DNA of 64,000 nucleotides from Alphaproteobacteria bacterium (GTDB lineage Bacteria; Pseudomonadota; Alphaproteobacteria; JAPOUT01; G958296285): NCBI GenBank assembly GCA_965209065.1, contig OZ242373.1, positions 646,202 to 710,201 of the forward strand, read 5' to 3'. Shown piece by piece: positions 32,061 to 42,500 of this stretch (position 1 is its first letter; each line of letters starts with the position of its first letter). The notes under the pieces were generated by a model. It saw only the letters and a program-made list of their open reading frames with translations, ran no database searches and was not told where the DNA came from. The position numbers and the translations under genes were made by a program.

Positions 32061-35000
32061 TTACCGCTTCCTTATGATAAACACCGTATCATAGTTTGAC
32101 CTGTTCTTATTGCTGAAAGAAAAACATATACGGCTTAAATTATAACTAGCGTAATTTGCACGGCAATGCCCCAAAGCACTCGATAAAGGATGCATCCTTG
32201 CTTCCGCCTCACTTATCGATAAAGGCGCACCAGACGCACTTTTGCCGCGCTTATTGTTTTTAGAAAACTTCCAGTAATAAATATCCGAGCCGTCTCTCGC
32301 ATGCCGACTGCCGCAAAGAGGCTTGACCAGCTTTTCTAAATCAACCGGCTTGCTCCTCGCTACCGGACGGCAGAACAAAGTCACGTCTTTCCTCTTTATT
32401 TTTGTGATGTCTTTTCCAAAAATAATATCTTTAATCCCATCCTCCAATAGAGCATTGCTTGTGCTAGAGGTCATTCTCGTGCCCTTTTGGTTGCTCGCGT
32501 AAATGATAATCACGTCTTCCGTATCGCCAATGACCGTAATGCCCTTGCCTGCCGCAAGAGGCGGCACACCACTTTTGCTGTTAAGCGGCGCGATAGGCAA
32601 ATCAACCGGAACATGAATAATAATTGTGATAACCGACAACTCTAAAGGAAGCACCCCCGGCGATGTGGGCGGTGTGGTAGGAGGGAGTATCGGCGGTATC
32701 GGCGGGCGTATGACCGGACCTCTTATGTGAAAAAAGCCATCGGTCGCCCACAGGCTCACATCATTGGGGTTGCGGTAGGTTCTATAAAAAATCGTGGTAT
32801 CACCGACAAAGGTCGCAGGCGACAAAGAAGGAAAAGCATCAGCTTTCTGAAAAAGCTGAATACCGCCATTCGCGATGATTGTTGTGTTGGGAAGAAACGT
32901 AATCTTCCCTATATTATTACCGCTGTTTCCTGCTCCCGCGACAAATCTAAGCGCGCCCGAACCAATGTTGAGCGAGCCTTCTACCTCAATATCATTCGTA
33001 GCATTGACCGTAAGCTCCTGATTGCTTGGAGTTGCGGCAGCAATGCGGGAGAATAAAATAACCTTCCTGCCCGAAAGTGTAATCTGTGCCGTTGTTGAAA
33101 AACTAATACTTCCTGTCGCAAGCAAGGCTAGGTCATGCTCGCCGTTATCTATATCTGCCCCAAGGAATATATCCCCATTATTAAAAGCGTTTATAATGAA
33201 ATCACCATTAATGCCATCAATGCTCGCGGCTGTTAGGGAAACAGAATTAGCGCTAATGCCTCTTAAATTGGCAGGAAAAATAATGCTTCCTGTGGTTTCC
33301 AAAGACAAAGAATAATTTGCCATATTCAAAATGCCTTGACTGTCTATCTCATGACCAAATTGGAACAACAAGTCATCTGTGATGATAATATCATCGTCTC
33401 CAGCATCCAAGATGACATCTGCGCCAAATTCTCCATTGCCATCCTGCGCCCACGCACCAATGAAATTCGGATTGACTTCATCTTTATAATAAATTGTTAC
33501 TTCGCCAACAAAAGAAGACGGCGCAGCTGACGGAAAAGGCGTTTTATCTTGCCGCAAAGCGATGCCAGCATTCGCGGTTAAAATCGTCGACGGCATAAAA
33601 ATGATTTCGCCCTCATTGTTGGCGCCATCTCCTGCTGTAATGTCCATCGCACCTGAGCCAACATCAAGCTGAGCGTTTAGCGTCACGTCCCCTTTCGCCT
33701 CTATCCTAAGCGCTTGATTGCTGGGCGTAGAAGCGGTTGCCGCTGTTAGCGTAATGTCATTGGCAATAAGGTTTGTATCAACCGCGGTAGAGAAATTAAT
33801 CGCGCCAGCAACCGCATTCACCACTAAATCACCCGAGCCAATGTTAATGCCTAAAGGAAATAAAATATCAATGGTTTGCGCGGTAACGGTTAATTTTTTA
33901 TCACTCAACTGCAACCAATCTGGAAAAGCAAAGAGCGCACCTGTGAAATTAACCGAAAGCTCATTTCTTATAAATTCCACCTGAACGGCAGGCGAGGGAG
34001 TAAATAACTCGTTTACGTTTAGAGTCAAATTACCCGAGCCAATATCAAACAAGCCTGCTAGAGTTAATCTGCCTGTTGCCGTGATGGTTACGTTTTGATT
34101 ATTTGCTGTCGGCTCAAACGAAGTGAGTGAGATGTTTGTTGCTATTATTGTGGTTGGAGCATCTTTGTCGAAACTAACCGCGCTATTTTGTGCATTGGCG
34201 GTTAAGTTGCCGCTTGCTAGGTCGAGTGTCCCCGACAAAATAATATCAGCAGTTAGCCGTGAGGTAATAGTCAAGTCTCCATTCTTTCGCCCAACCCAAT
34301 CAGGAATAATGGTATCTTCTTGTCCGTCTAGAAACAGATTCGTATTCCCTCTAGTAAAAGTGGGCGAGCCCTCGAATGTATGCGTTATTAGGGTTAAATC
34401 ATTGCTAGTGCTTATACTAAAGAAGCCGACAAGCGATAAAACCCCTTCTGTTTCTATGGTTAAATCTTGCCCGCTTGCAAGTGGCGGTTGCGTGGATGTC
34501 AAAAAGACATCGGCGCCTTGTATGGTGGTGCTAGCACCTGTAGCAAAATTAATTGCGTCGTTAGCACTTAGGGTCAAGTTATGTCGCGTGGCGATACCTG
34601 TTTGGATGGATTCGGCTTTTAACGTGCCGCCGCCGATATTTATATTGTATGCTTGAATACTGATATCTTGGAGAAAAACAACATTGCCTGTAGCAGAAAG
34701 ACCTAAATTCCCTCGTCCTATGCCTCCATTATGTCCTCTAAAGTCCATATTATAAGCGTTGATTGTTAGGTCGCCGGTGGTTGCGACAAAGGAGGCAGAA
34801 GCCTCTAAAATATTATAGATAGCATCAAGGGTATCACTTTTTGTCTGTCTAGCGATTAGGCTAATGCTCCCCGCGTTAACGAAGATATTACTTTCTATGG
34901 TGATAGCATTTCCCTCTACAACAAAATGACCTAAGCCTAAATTAATATTGCTAGATATCACAATGCCCGATTGTGCATCGGTATTACTATTACGTATCGT

Positions 35001-36392
35001 GGTGCTTCTGCCATCTCCTATCATCCACTTCGCGATTGCTATAAAGGAAGAGGAATTAAGATTCAGTGTTATCTGCCCCACGTTTATGTCAATGGTAGAC
35101 TCCAAAGGAAACACGAGCTCTTTAGTGTTTATCTCAAATGTTGCGGCGGAACCCAAATTAATAGATGTCTTCCCCCCTAAAATGAGTCTATCGTTTGCGG
35201 TCACTGTCAAATTCCGATTGCTTGGTGTCGGTTGTTGTGTGGAAGTTAAGCTAACAATGTCAGCCGATAGAGTAACCGCATTACCTGTCGTGAAAGATAG
35301 ATGCTCCTCTGCTGTGATGATTAAACTCTCAGTTGTGCTTATACTTTGATTAATATTGATATTCGTTCCAATGAGCGTTAAGCCACCATTGGTTTTATTG
35401 ATTGGAGCATTGACTGCAATGATTTGTCGTGCGATAAGCGAAACGTTGCCATTATAGTTTTCAATCGTGCTGGCGGATATAGAAAAATTAGAGTTAGCAC
35501 CATCTGCCAGTATGACAATACCATCAATTGCAACTTGATTATCATTGATACCCACTAAGTCAATACTTATGTTATTGGGGTCTATCAATAAATCTTTTGC
35601 TTGAATAGAAAAAATATCAAATGGCGCGAGATAATTTTTTGCCGATATTTCCACAAAGCCACCCTGGGCATTGATAAAACCATTAAAATAAGTTGAGCCA
35701 TCTGCCCAAACGACAACATAAGAAGAAGTGATGAGCGTGTCTTTTTCTATGATGGTTGTGCGCGCGTTTATGATATCACCGCCGCCTTGATAATCGCCCC
35801 CGATTAAAACTTTATTGGCAGAAAGATTAGCACCACTTTTGACGCGCACTTCGTTTGCTCCTTCAACGATAATTTCTTTCGCTTGAGCGTAACCGCCAAG
35901 ATTAATAACATTATTTTTAGCAGCACTTTGGAAATGAACCCTTCCGCCTTTAGCCTTTATCGTGCCTAGCGCAACAACATCGCCCGCGCGCGCCGAGGCA
36001 AGCAAGCCGCCCACATTCACCACCGAGCCCTCATTGAAACGAACCCCCGCAGGGTTCTCTAGCGAAACGCGCCCATTCGCCCTAAGCGTGCCTGATATAT
36101 TCGTTGCAGCACCATTGCGCACCTTGATAGAAATAAGCGCGGAAGCCGAAGGTTGCGTAATTCGCACCGTCTTGCCTTTAGCGATGTCGAAACTTTGCCA
36201 GCTTGTTGCGAGGTAAGCGCTTTCTTGTTTAATGTTGAAGGGGTCAGTGAGATTTCCCGCTCCTGCCTCGATGCGCCCACCCCTCGGGGCTGAGTCCCGA
36301 GGGACTGAGTCCCGAGGGACGGCTTGCGCTGCTGTTGCCAAAAAAGCAACGCAAATCCACGCTAGAACTCGCATTAAAGTCGCGCTGGTCAT
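32061..36392 (-). CDS. TPS-domain secreted exoprotein (~1443 aa from the proposed start), with Pro-rich linker and ~200-aa C-terminal module
   Basis: The ORF track extends to 36527, but the signal peptide starts at the internal Met (MTSATLMRVLAWICVAFLATAAQA; ATG at 36390-36392). The TPS domain (WQSFDIAKGKTVRITQP...NISGTLRANGRVSLENPAGVRFNEGSVVNVGGLLAS) is paralogous to the two giant genes upstream. Confidence 0.8.
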   Translation of the reverse strand: MTSATLMRVLAWICVAFLATAAQAVPRDSVPRDSAPRGGRIEAGAGNLTDPFNIKQESAYLATSWQSFDIAKGKTVRITQPSASALISIKVRNGAATNISGTLRANGRVSLENPAGVRFNEGSVVNVGGLLASARAGDVVALGTIKAKGGRVHFQSAAKNNVINLGGYAQAKEIIVEGANEVRVKSGANLSANKVLIGGDYQGGGDIINARTTIIEKDTLITSSYVVVWADGSTYFNGFINAQGGFVEISAKNYLAPFDIFSIQAKDLLIDPNNISIDLVGINDNQVAIDGIVILADGANSNFSISASTIENYNGNVSLIARQIIAVNAPINKTNGGLTLIGTNININQSISTTESLIITAEEHLSFTTGNAVTLSADIVSLTSTQQPTPSNRNLTVTANDRLILGGKTSINLGSAATFEINTKELVFPLESTIDINVGQITLNLNSSSFIAIAKWMIGDGRSTTIRNSNTDAQSGIVISSNINLGLGHFVVEGNAITIESNIFVNAGSISLIARQTKSDTLDAIYNILEASASFVATTGDLTINAYNMDFRGHNGGIGRGNLGLSATGNVVFLQDISIQAYNINIGGGTLKAESIQTGIATRHNLTLSANDAINFATGASTTIQGADVFLTSTQPPLASGQDLTIETEGVLSLVGFFSISTSNDLTLITHTFEGSPTFTRGNTNLFLDGQEDTIIPDWVGRKNGDLTITSRLTADIILSGTLDLASGNLTANAQNSAVSFDKDAPTTIIATNISLTSFEPTANNQNVTITATGRLTLAGLFDIGSGNLTLNVNELFTPSPAVQVEFIRNELSVNFTGALFAFPDWLQLSDKKLTVTAQTIDILFPLGINIGSGDLVVNAVAGAINFSTAVDTNLIANDITLTAATASTPSNQALRIEAKGDVTLNAQLDVGSGAMDITAGDGANNEGEIIFMPSTILTANAGIALRQDKTPFPSAAPSSFVGEVTIYYKDEVNPNFIGAWAQDGNGEFGADVILDAGDDDIIITDDLLFQFGHEIDSQGILNMANYSLSLETTGSIIFPANLRGISANSVSLTAASIDGINGDFIINAFNNGDIFLGADIDNGEHDLALLATGSISFSTTAQITLSGRKVILFSRIAAATPSNQELTVNATNDIEVEGSLNIGSGALRFVAGAGNSGNNIGKITFLPNTTIIANGGIQLFQKADAFPSLSPATFVGDTTIFYRTYRNPNDVSLWATDGFFHIRGPVIRPPIPPILPPTTPPTSPGVLPLELSVITIIIHVPVDLPIAPLNSKSGVPPLAAGKGITVIGDTEDVIIIYASNQKGTRMTSSTSNALLEDGIKDIIFGKDITKIKRKDVTLFCRPVARSKPVDLEKLVKPLCGSRHARDGSDIYYWKFSKNNKRGKSASGAPLSISEAEARMHPLSSALGHCRANYASYNLSRICFSFSNKNRSNYDTVFIIRKR

Positions 36393-36529
36393 TTGCCTAA
36401 AAACCGCTTGTTTTGGAGACACTAAAGCTCTCTCCTTTTGGTTGAACTCACTTATTATTATAGCGATAGTATAGCAGTTTTTCTTAATTTTCAATAAAAT
36501 TTCTAAAAACCATAACCTTTTAGGCATTC
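36393..36529 (-). promoter_or_regulatory. Candidate promoter/leader of the 1488-aa TPS gene (TTGAAA-n15-TATACT on minus strand)
   Basis: The minus-strand sequence ttgaaaattaagaaaaactgcTATACT sits between the stop of the 3760-aa gene (36530) and the proposed ATG (36392). The 15-nt spacer is suboptimal. Confidence 0.3.
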
Positions 36530-39500
36530 CTAGCTACCTTCATTAGAGGGGGCAGCAAAACTAGGAGATCTTTGCCTTAAAACCAATCGATGCCCAGAAG
36601 GTAGCAAAACCATGCTGTAGGTGAAGTCAATATCGCTACCCAAAATGCGTAGCGTATCTTGTATATCAAGCAGACCATTGGAATTTAACACGATAAACCC
36701 TTCCCCTCTATCAAGCGCGCCTCTCAAAACAATATTGCCACTTGCGCTTAGGTTGATGTTGCCATTAACGCGCGCGGCGTATTTTTGCTCGAAGATGAGG
36801 TTTTTACCTTTCCCCAAGGCTTTGATAACAAACCCCTCGTCCGATTCTGGCGTGATGATGCTACCGCCCGCGCGCAACGCGATATGGCTACCTAAAACTA
36901 AATTTGTATCGAGGTGAATATCATTTTCGGCATTGAGCATTAAATTATGACTACTTGCGCCCTCTGCCGTCTCCTCTTCATTGACGAGGGTGCGATAAAT
37001 GATTCTATTCGCTTTAATTTCTACATCTTTTTCGTTTTCACTCTCTGCCCTTTCCAAGTTTATTTTTTCTCCTGCCTGTAAAACAAGGGTAGCCAAGCCA
37101 ATATTCAAGCTGCCGCGCAAGTAGATATTATTGTGTGCCAATAAACTAACATTTTGATAATTCTTTTCGGGTTGGTTTTCAGCATAAATGTGAATGTTTG
37201 CCGCAAGAATATTTACAGCTTTCTGCACAGAAAAGCTAAGAGAAGCCGAGTCAATGACAAAGTTATAATTGGATGTAACGTCAATATCTAACACTATAGA
37301 TTCTCTAGCCTCAAGTGTTAGGTGGCTTGTTAATTGCTTTAGACTATCAGCTGAGATGAGTCTTCTACCCCTCAGCGTGATGCGTCTTGCCTTTATCACA
37401 ATGCCTCGCTCCGTCAAAGCGATAGGTAAAATAATATCGCCACTTGTAATTAGCGTTAGCGCGTTATCGCCTATATCAAAAACACCATTTGTGAAATCAA
37501 AGCCTTGATGGTTTTCGCCAAACGCTTGTAAATCTAACAAGGTAATATCCTTGCTGCCATTTAATACAAAAAGCTGGCGCCCCCAATCCACGCGGTATTC
37601 AACTTCAATGCCTGTATAAATAAGCAAGGGGATAACATCAATGCTGTTATCACCCGAGCGGAAGGTGGCAGGTTTCTTACGCGGGAACAAGCCACCATTT
37701 TGTTCTAAACGATAATCGCCCGCTCTAAAGCTAGGGGTGGCAATAAAACGAATAACACCCAAGCCTCTTTTGTCGCCAGCATAAAACAGCGCGTTGCCAT
37801 CGCCAATAAAGAAGCTACCTTCTAACTCTATATCGCCCCTTGCCCGAATAATTAAGTTGCGATCACTCGGAATTTGCTGTCTGTTTGGCGACATAAGCGA
37901 AACATTGCCCCCGGTGATGATGGTAGCTCTCGTGTCTGCGAAGCTAATAAAACTGGTTGTTGTTAAAGTAATATCCCTTCGCCCGGCATCTAAAGAAGGT
38001 CCTAGATGAAGGGAATAAGCGAAAACGAAAGTATTGCTTCTAAATATCATGTTGTTTCCGGCAGACAGGGTCGTTACACCTAAATTGATAACCGTGTTGC
38101 CTGCTTTGTTCTCAAAAACCAAATCGTTTGTAGCGACGATAGAAACACTTTCATCTTTTATGTTTGTGATATCTTCATCTTTTGTGTTTGTTGTAAAGCG
38201 GATGTTTGTTGCGCCGAGTTGTGTGATTTCCTGAAAAATAATATTCTGCGCGTTTAAGGTTAAATCGCCTTCGCCGAACAACATAAACCCGCCTAAGGAA
38301 AGTTCCTCTGCTGCGATGAACTCAGCATTTTGATTATTGACGGCTAGAAAGCTAGTTGATATTAGCGTGATATTGTTCGCAACAAATCTTGTTGGGGAGG
38401 TTTTGTCAAAATTGATAGCACCTTCTTGCGTGTGCAAGGTGAAATCACCTGTTCCTAAATCCATAGACGCGGGCGCGTTAATGTTCGATTGAGTAGTCGT
38501 AATGCTTAAACTTTTATCTCGCGCGATAGCCCAATTCGGGATAACAAAATCCGTTTCACCCGTCAGTGTTAAGGAGAGAGCATTGCGGGTCAAAGAGAAG
38601 TCTCCAAGGACAAAGAGCTCAGGCGCGGTGAGCGACAAATTGCCTGCGCCGATATCGAGGGCAGACGGCAGAACAAGCTTAGTAATCAGCGCGGTAACCG
38701 ACAGGTTTTTATCTTGCTCGATTGCCCAATCGGGAATAGTCGCCGACGTGCTGCTCCACGTTATAGATAGGTCGCCTCTTATAAAGTGCGCTTTATAGTC
38801 AATGAACTGCGCTTCTAGCGACAAAGCCCCTGTGCCTATACTAAAATCGCCTGAAAGTAATAAAACGCTCGCCGATAGCAAATGGAGGTTTTGATTGCTT
38901 GCCCTATGGATTGCGTTCGCTATTAGCGTAATGCTGCTTGCGCTTATTTTGGTTGGAGCGCTATTGTCGAAATTGATGCCTCCCAGCTTTGCCTCTAAAA
39001 CCAGATTACCCGAGCCTATAAGAAATCTATTAGGAACGGAAATGCTCGCCTCGCGCGCGGTGATGGTTAAATCCTTCCCTTCTTCTATCGCCCAGCTAGG
39101 AACAGGCGCCTCACCTCCCCTCCACAGAATAAATAAGCCCCTTCTTATAAACGCGAAATCATTTTGCGTTGTAATGCTATCTCCTTTGAGGTCCAAATCA
39201 CCCGTGCCGAAGTTGAATTTTCCTGACAGAGTCATTCTAGTAGAAACATCTATCGTTGCTTTTTGGTTGCTCGCGCGTGGTTGCGTCTTGCTCTTTAGGG
39301 TAATGCTTCTGCCCGAAAGGTTGGTTGAAGTGCTACTATCAAAAGCGAGCGCAGCGGTAATCGCATCTAAGGTTAAATCACCTAAACCCAAAGCAAGAGA
39401 AGTGGGAACAGAGATGTCAGCTTTGGTTGCTTGAACTATTAAATTTTTATCTTCCACTACCGCCCAGTCTGGCACTGATGCGGAATCCCCTATCCATATC

Positions 39501-42500
39501 AAAGTAAGAAGCTCACGCGTAATACTTGGCGTGCCGCTCATCGCGGTAGCTGAGAGAGTTAGGTCTCCCGTGCCTATGTCAATGTTAGCAGGAAGCTCTA
39601 GCGTTGCCGTTAGCGCGGTAACCGATAGGTTTTTGTCTGCCACTATCGCCCACGCAGGAATAGTAGCCGACGCGCCCTTCCATGTAATGAATAAGCTGCC
39701 TCTTGTAAGCGCGAACTCATCTTGCGTTGAAATATCACTCGCTTTGAGTGTCAAATCACCTGTGCCAAAGTTGAACTTGCCAGATAAAGTAATTGTATTG
39801 AGGGCGTCTATTGTCGCGTCTCGGTTGCTTGTGCTTGGTTGCGTTTTGCTCTTTAAGGTAATGCTTCCGCCTGAAAGATTTACCGAAGCAAAAACAAGCG
39901 CGCCGACAACCGCATCCAACGTCAAATCACCCGAACCCAAAGAAAAAGAAACAGGAACGGAAATATCAGCTTTGGCAGCTATAATCGTTAAGTCTTTGTT
40001 TTCGACTACCGCCCAGCTTGGGATAAAAGCAGTATTACCCTTCCACGTGATGGATAAACCGCCTCTTGTAAGCGCGAAATCATCTTGCGTTGTAATGCTA
40101 TTCGCCTTGAGTATCAAACCGCCAGTGCCAAAATTGAATTTTCCTGACAGAGTAATGTTGGTAGCGTCTATTGTCGTTTCTTGGGCGCTTGTGTCTTGGG
40201 CACTTGTGTCTTGGGCGCTTGTGCTTGGTTGGGTTTTGCTCTTTAAGATGATGTTTCCGCCTGATAGATTTGCCGAAGCAAAAACAAGTGCGCCAGCAAC
40301 CGCATCCAACGTTAAGCTACCTGAGCCCAAAACAACAGAAGCAGGAACAGAAATATCGGCACTAGTCGCTTGAACTATTAAATCTTTGTCTACCTCTACC
40401 GCCCAGCTTGGCACCGAAGCTGTTGTCCCCGTCCATATCAAAGTAAGAAGTCCCCGTGTAATGTTGGGCGTCCCGCTCATCGCGGTAGCTGATAGGGTTA
40501 AATCTCCTGTGCCTATATCAATGCTATCAGGAAGCTCTAGCGTTGCCGTTAGCGCACTGACCGATAGGTTTTTGTCTGCCACCATCGCCCACGCAGGGAT
40601 AGTAGCCGATGTGCCCTTCCACGTGATGAATAAACCGCCTCTTGTAAGCGCGAACTCATCTTGCGTTGTAATGCTATTCGCCTTGAGCGTCAAACCGCCG
40701 GTGCCTAAGTTGAATTTTCCTGACAGAGTAATATTGGTAGCATCTATTGTCGCCGCTTGGTTGCTTGCGCGTGGTTGCGTTTTGCTCTTTAAGGTAATGC
40801 TTCCGCCTGAAAGATTTACCGAAGCAAAAACAAGCGCGCCGGCAACCGCATCCAAGGTCAAGCTGCCTGAGCCTAAAGCAAGAGAAGCAGGAACAGAAAT
40901 ATCAGCGCTAGTTGCTTGAATGACTAAATCTTTATTTGCTACTACCGCCCAGCTTGGCAGGGAAGCCGTTGTCCCCGTCCATATCAAAGTAAGCGCGCCG
41001 CGTGTAATGCTTGGTGTGCCGCTCATCGCGGTAGCCGAGAGGGTTAAGTTTCCTGTGCCTATATTGATATTATCAGGAAGCTCTAGCGTTGCCGTTAGCG
41101 CGCTGACCGATAGGTCTTTGTCTGCTACTATCGCCCAGTTAGGAATAGTGGCAGACGCGCCTTTCCACGTGATGGATAAACCACCTCTTGTAAGCGCGAA
41201 CTCATCTTGCGTTGTAATGCTATTCGCCTTGAGCGTCAAACCGCCAGTGCCCAAGTTGAATTTTCCTGACAGAGTAATGTTGGTAGCGTCTATGGTTGCC
41301 GCTTGGGTGCTTGCGCTTGGTTGGGTTTTGCTCTTTAAGATGATGTTTCCGCCTGAAAGGCTTGTCGAAGCAAAGACAAGCGCGCCAGCAATCGCATCCA
41401 ACGTCAAGCTACCTGAGCCTAAAACAATAGAAGCAGGAACAGAAATATCAGCACTAGTCGCTTGAACTATTAAATCTTTGTTTGCCTCTACCGCCCAGCT
41501 TGGCACCGAAGCCGTTGTCCCCGTCCATATCAAAGTAAGAAGTCCCCGTGTAATGTTGGGCGTCCCGCTCATCGCGGTAGCTGAGAGGGTTAAATCCCCT
41601 GTGCCTATATCAATGCTATCAGGAAGCTCTAGCGTTGCCGTTAGCGCGCTGACCGATAGGTTTTTGTTTGCCTCTATCGCCCAGCTTGGCACCGAAGCCG
41701 TTGTCCCCGTCCATATTAAAGTAAGAAGTCCCCGTGTAATGTTGGGCGTGATACTTGGCGCGCCGCTCATCGCGGTAGCTGAGAGGGTTAAATCACCTGT
41801 GCCTATATCAATGCTATCAGGTAGTGTTAGCGTTGCCGTTAGCGCGCTGACCGATAGGTTTTTGTCTGCCACCATCGCCCACGCAGGGATAGTAGCCGAT
41901 GTGCCCTTCCACGTGATGAATAAACCGCCTCTTGTAAGCGCGAAATCATCTTGCGTTGTAATATCACTCGCCTTGAGTGTCAAACCGCCGGTGCCGAAAT
42001 TGAATTTTCCTGACAGAGTAATATTGGTAGCGTCTATTGTCGCCGCTTGGTCGCTTGCGCGTGGTTGCGTTTTGCTTTTTAAGGTAATGCTTCCGCCTGA
42101 AAGGCTTGTCGAAGCAAAAACAAGCGCGCCCGCAACCGCATCCAACGTCAAGCTGCCTGAGCCCATAGCAAGAGAAGCGGGAACAGAAATATCAGCGCTA
42201 GTTGCTTGAATGACTAAATCTTTATTTGCTACTACCGCCCAGCTTGGCAGGGAAGCCGTTGTCCCCGTCCATATCAAAGTAAGTGCGCCGCGTGTAATGC
42301 TTGGTGTGCCGCTCATCGCGGTAGCCGAGAGGGTTAAGTCGCCGGTGCCTATATCAATACTATCAGGAAGCTCTAGCGTTGCCGTTAGCGCGCTGACCGA
42401 TAAATTTTTATTTTCTACTACCGCCCAGCTTGGCACAGAGGCAGAGGTGCTTGTCCAAGTGATGTTCAAATCATTTCGCGTTAAAGTTGCAGTGCTGGTA

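Noticed and set aside
36393-36527. N-terminal 45 aa of the ORF-track version of the 1488-aa gene
   Set aside because: It reads as translated AT-rich spacer and lacks a signal peptide. A canonical signal peptide begins at the internal Met (36392).
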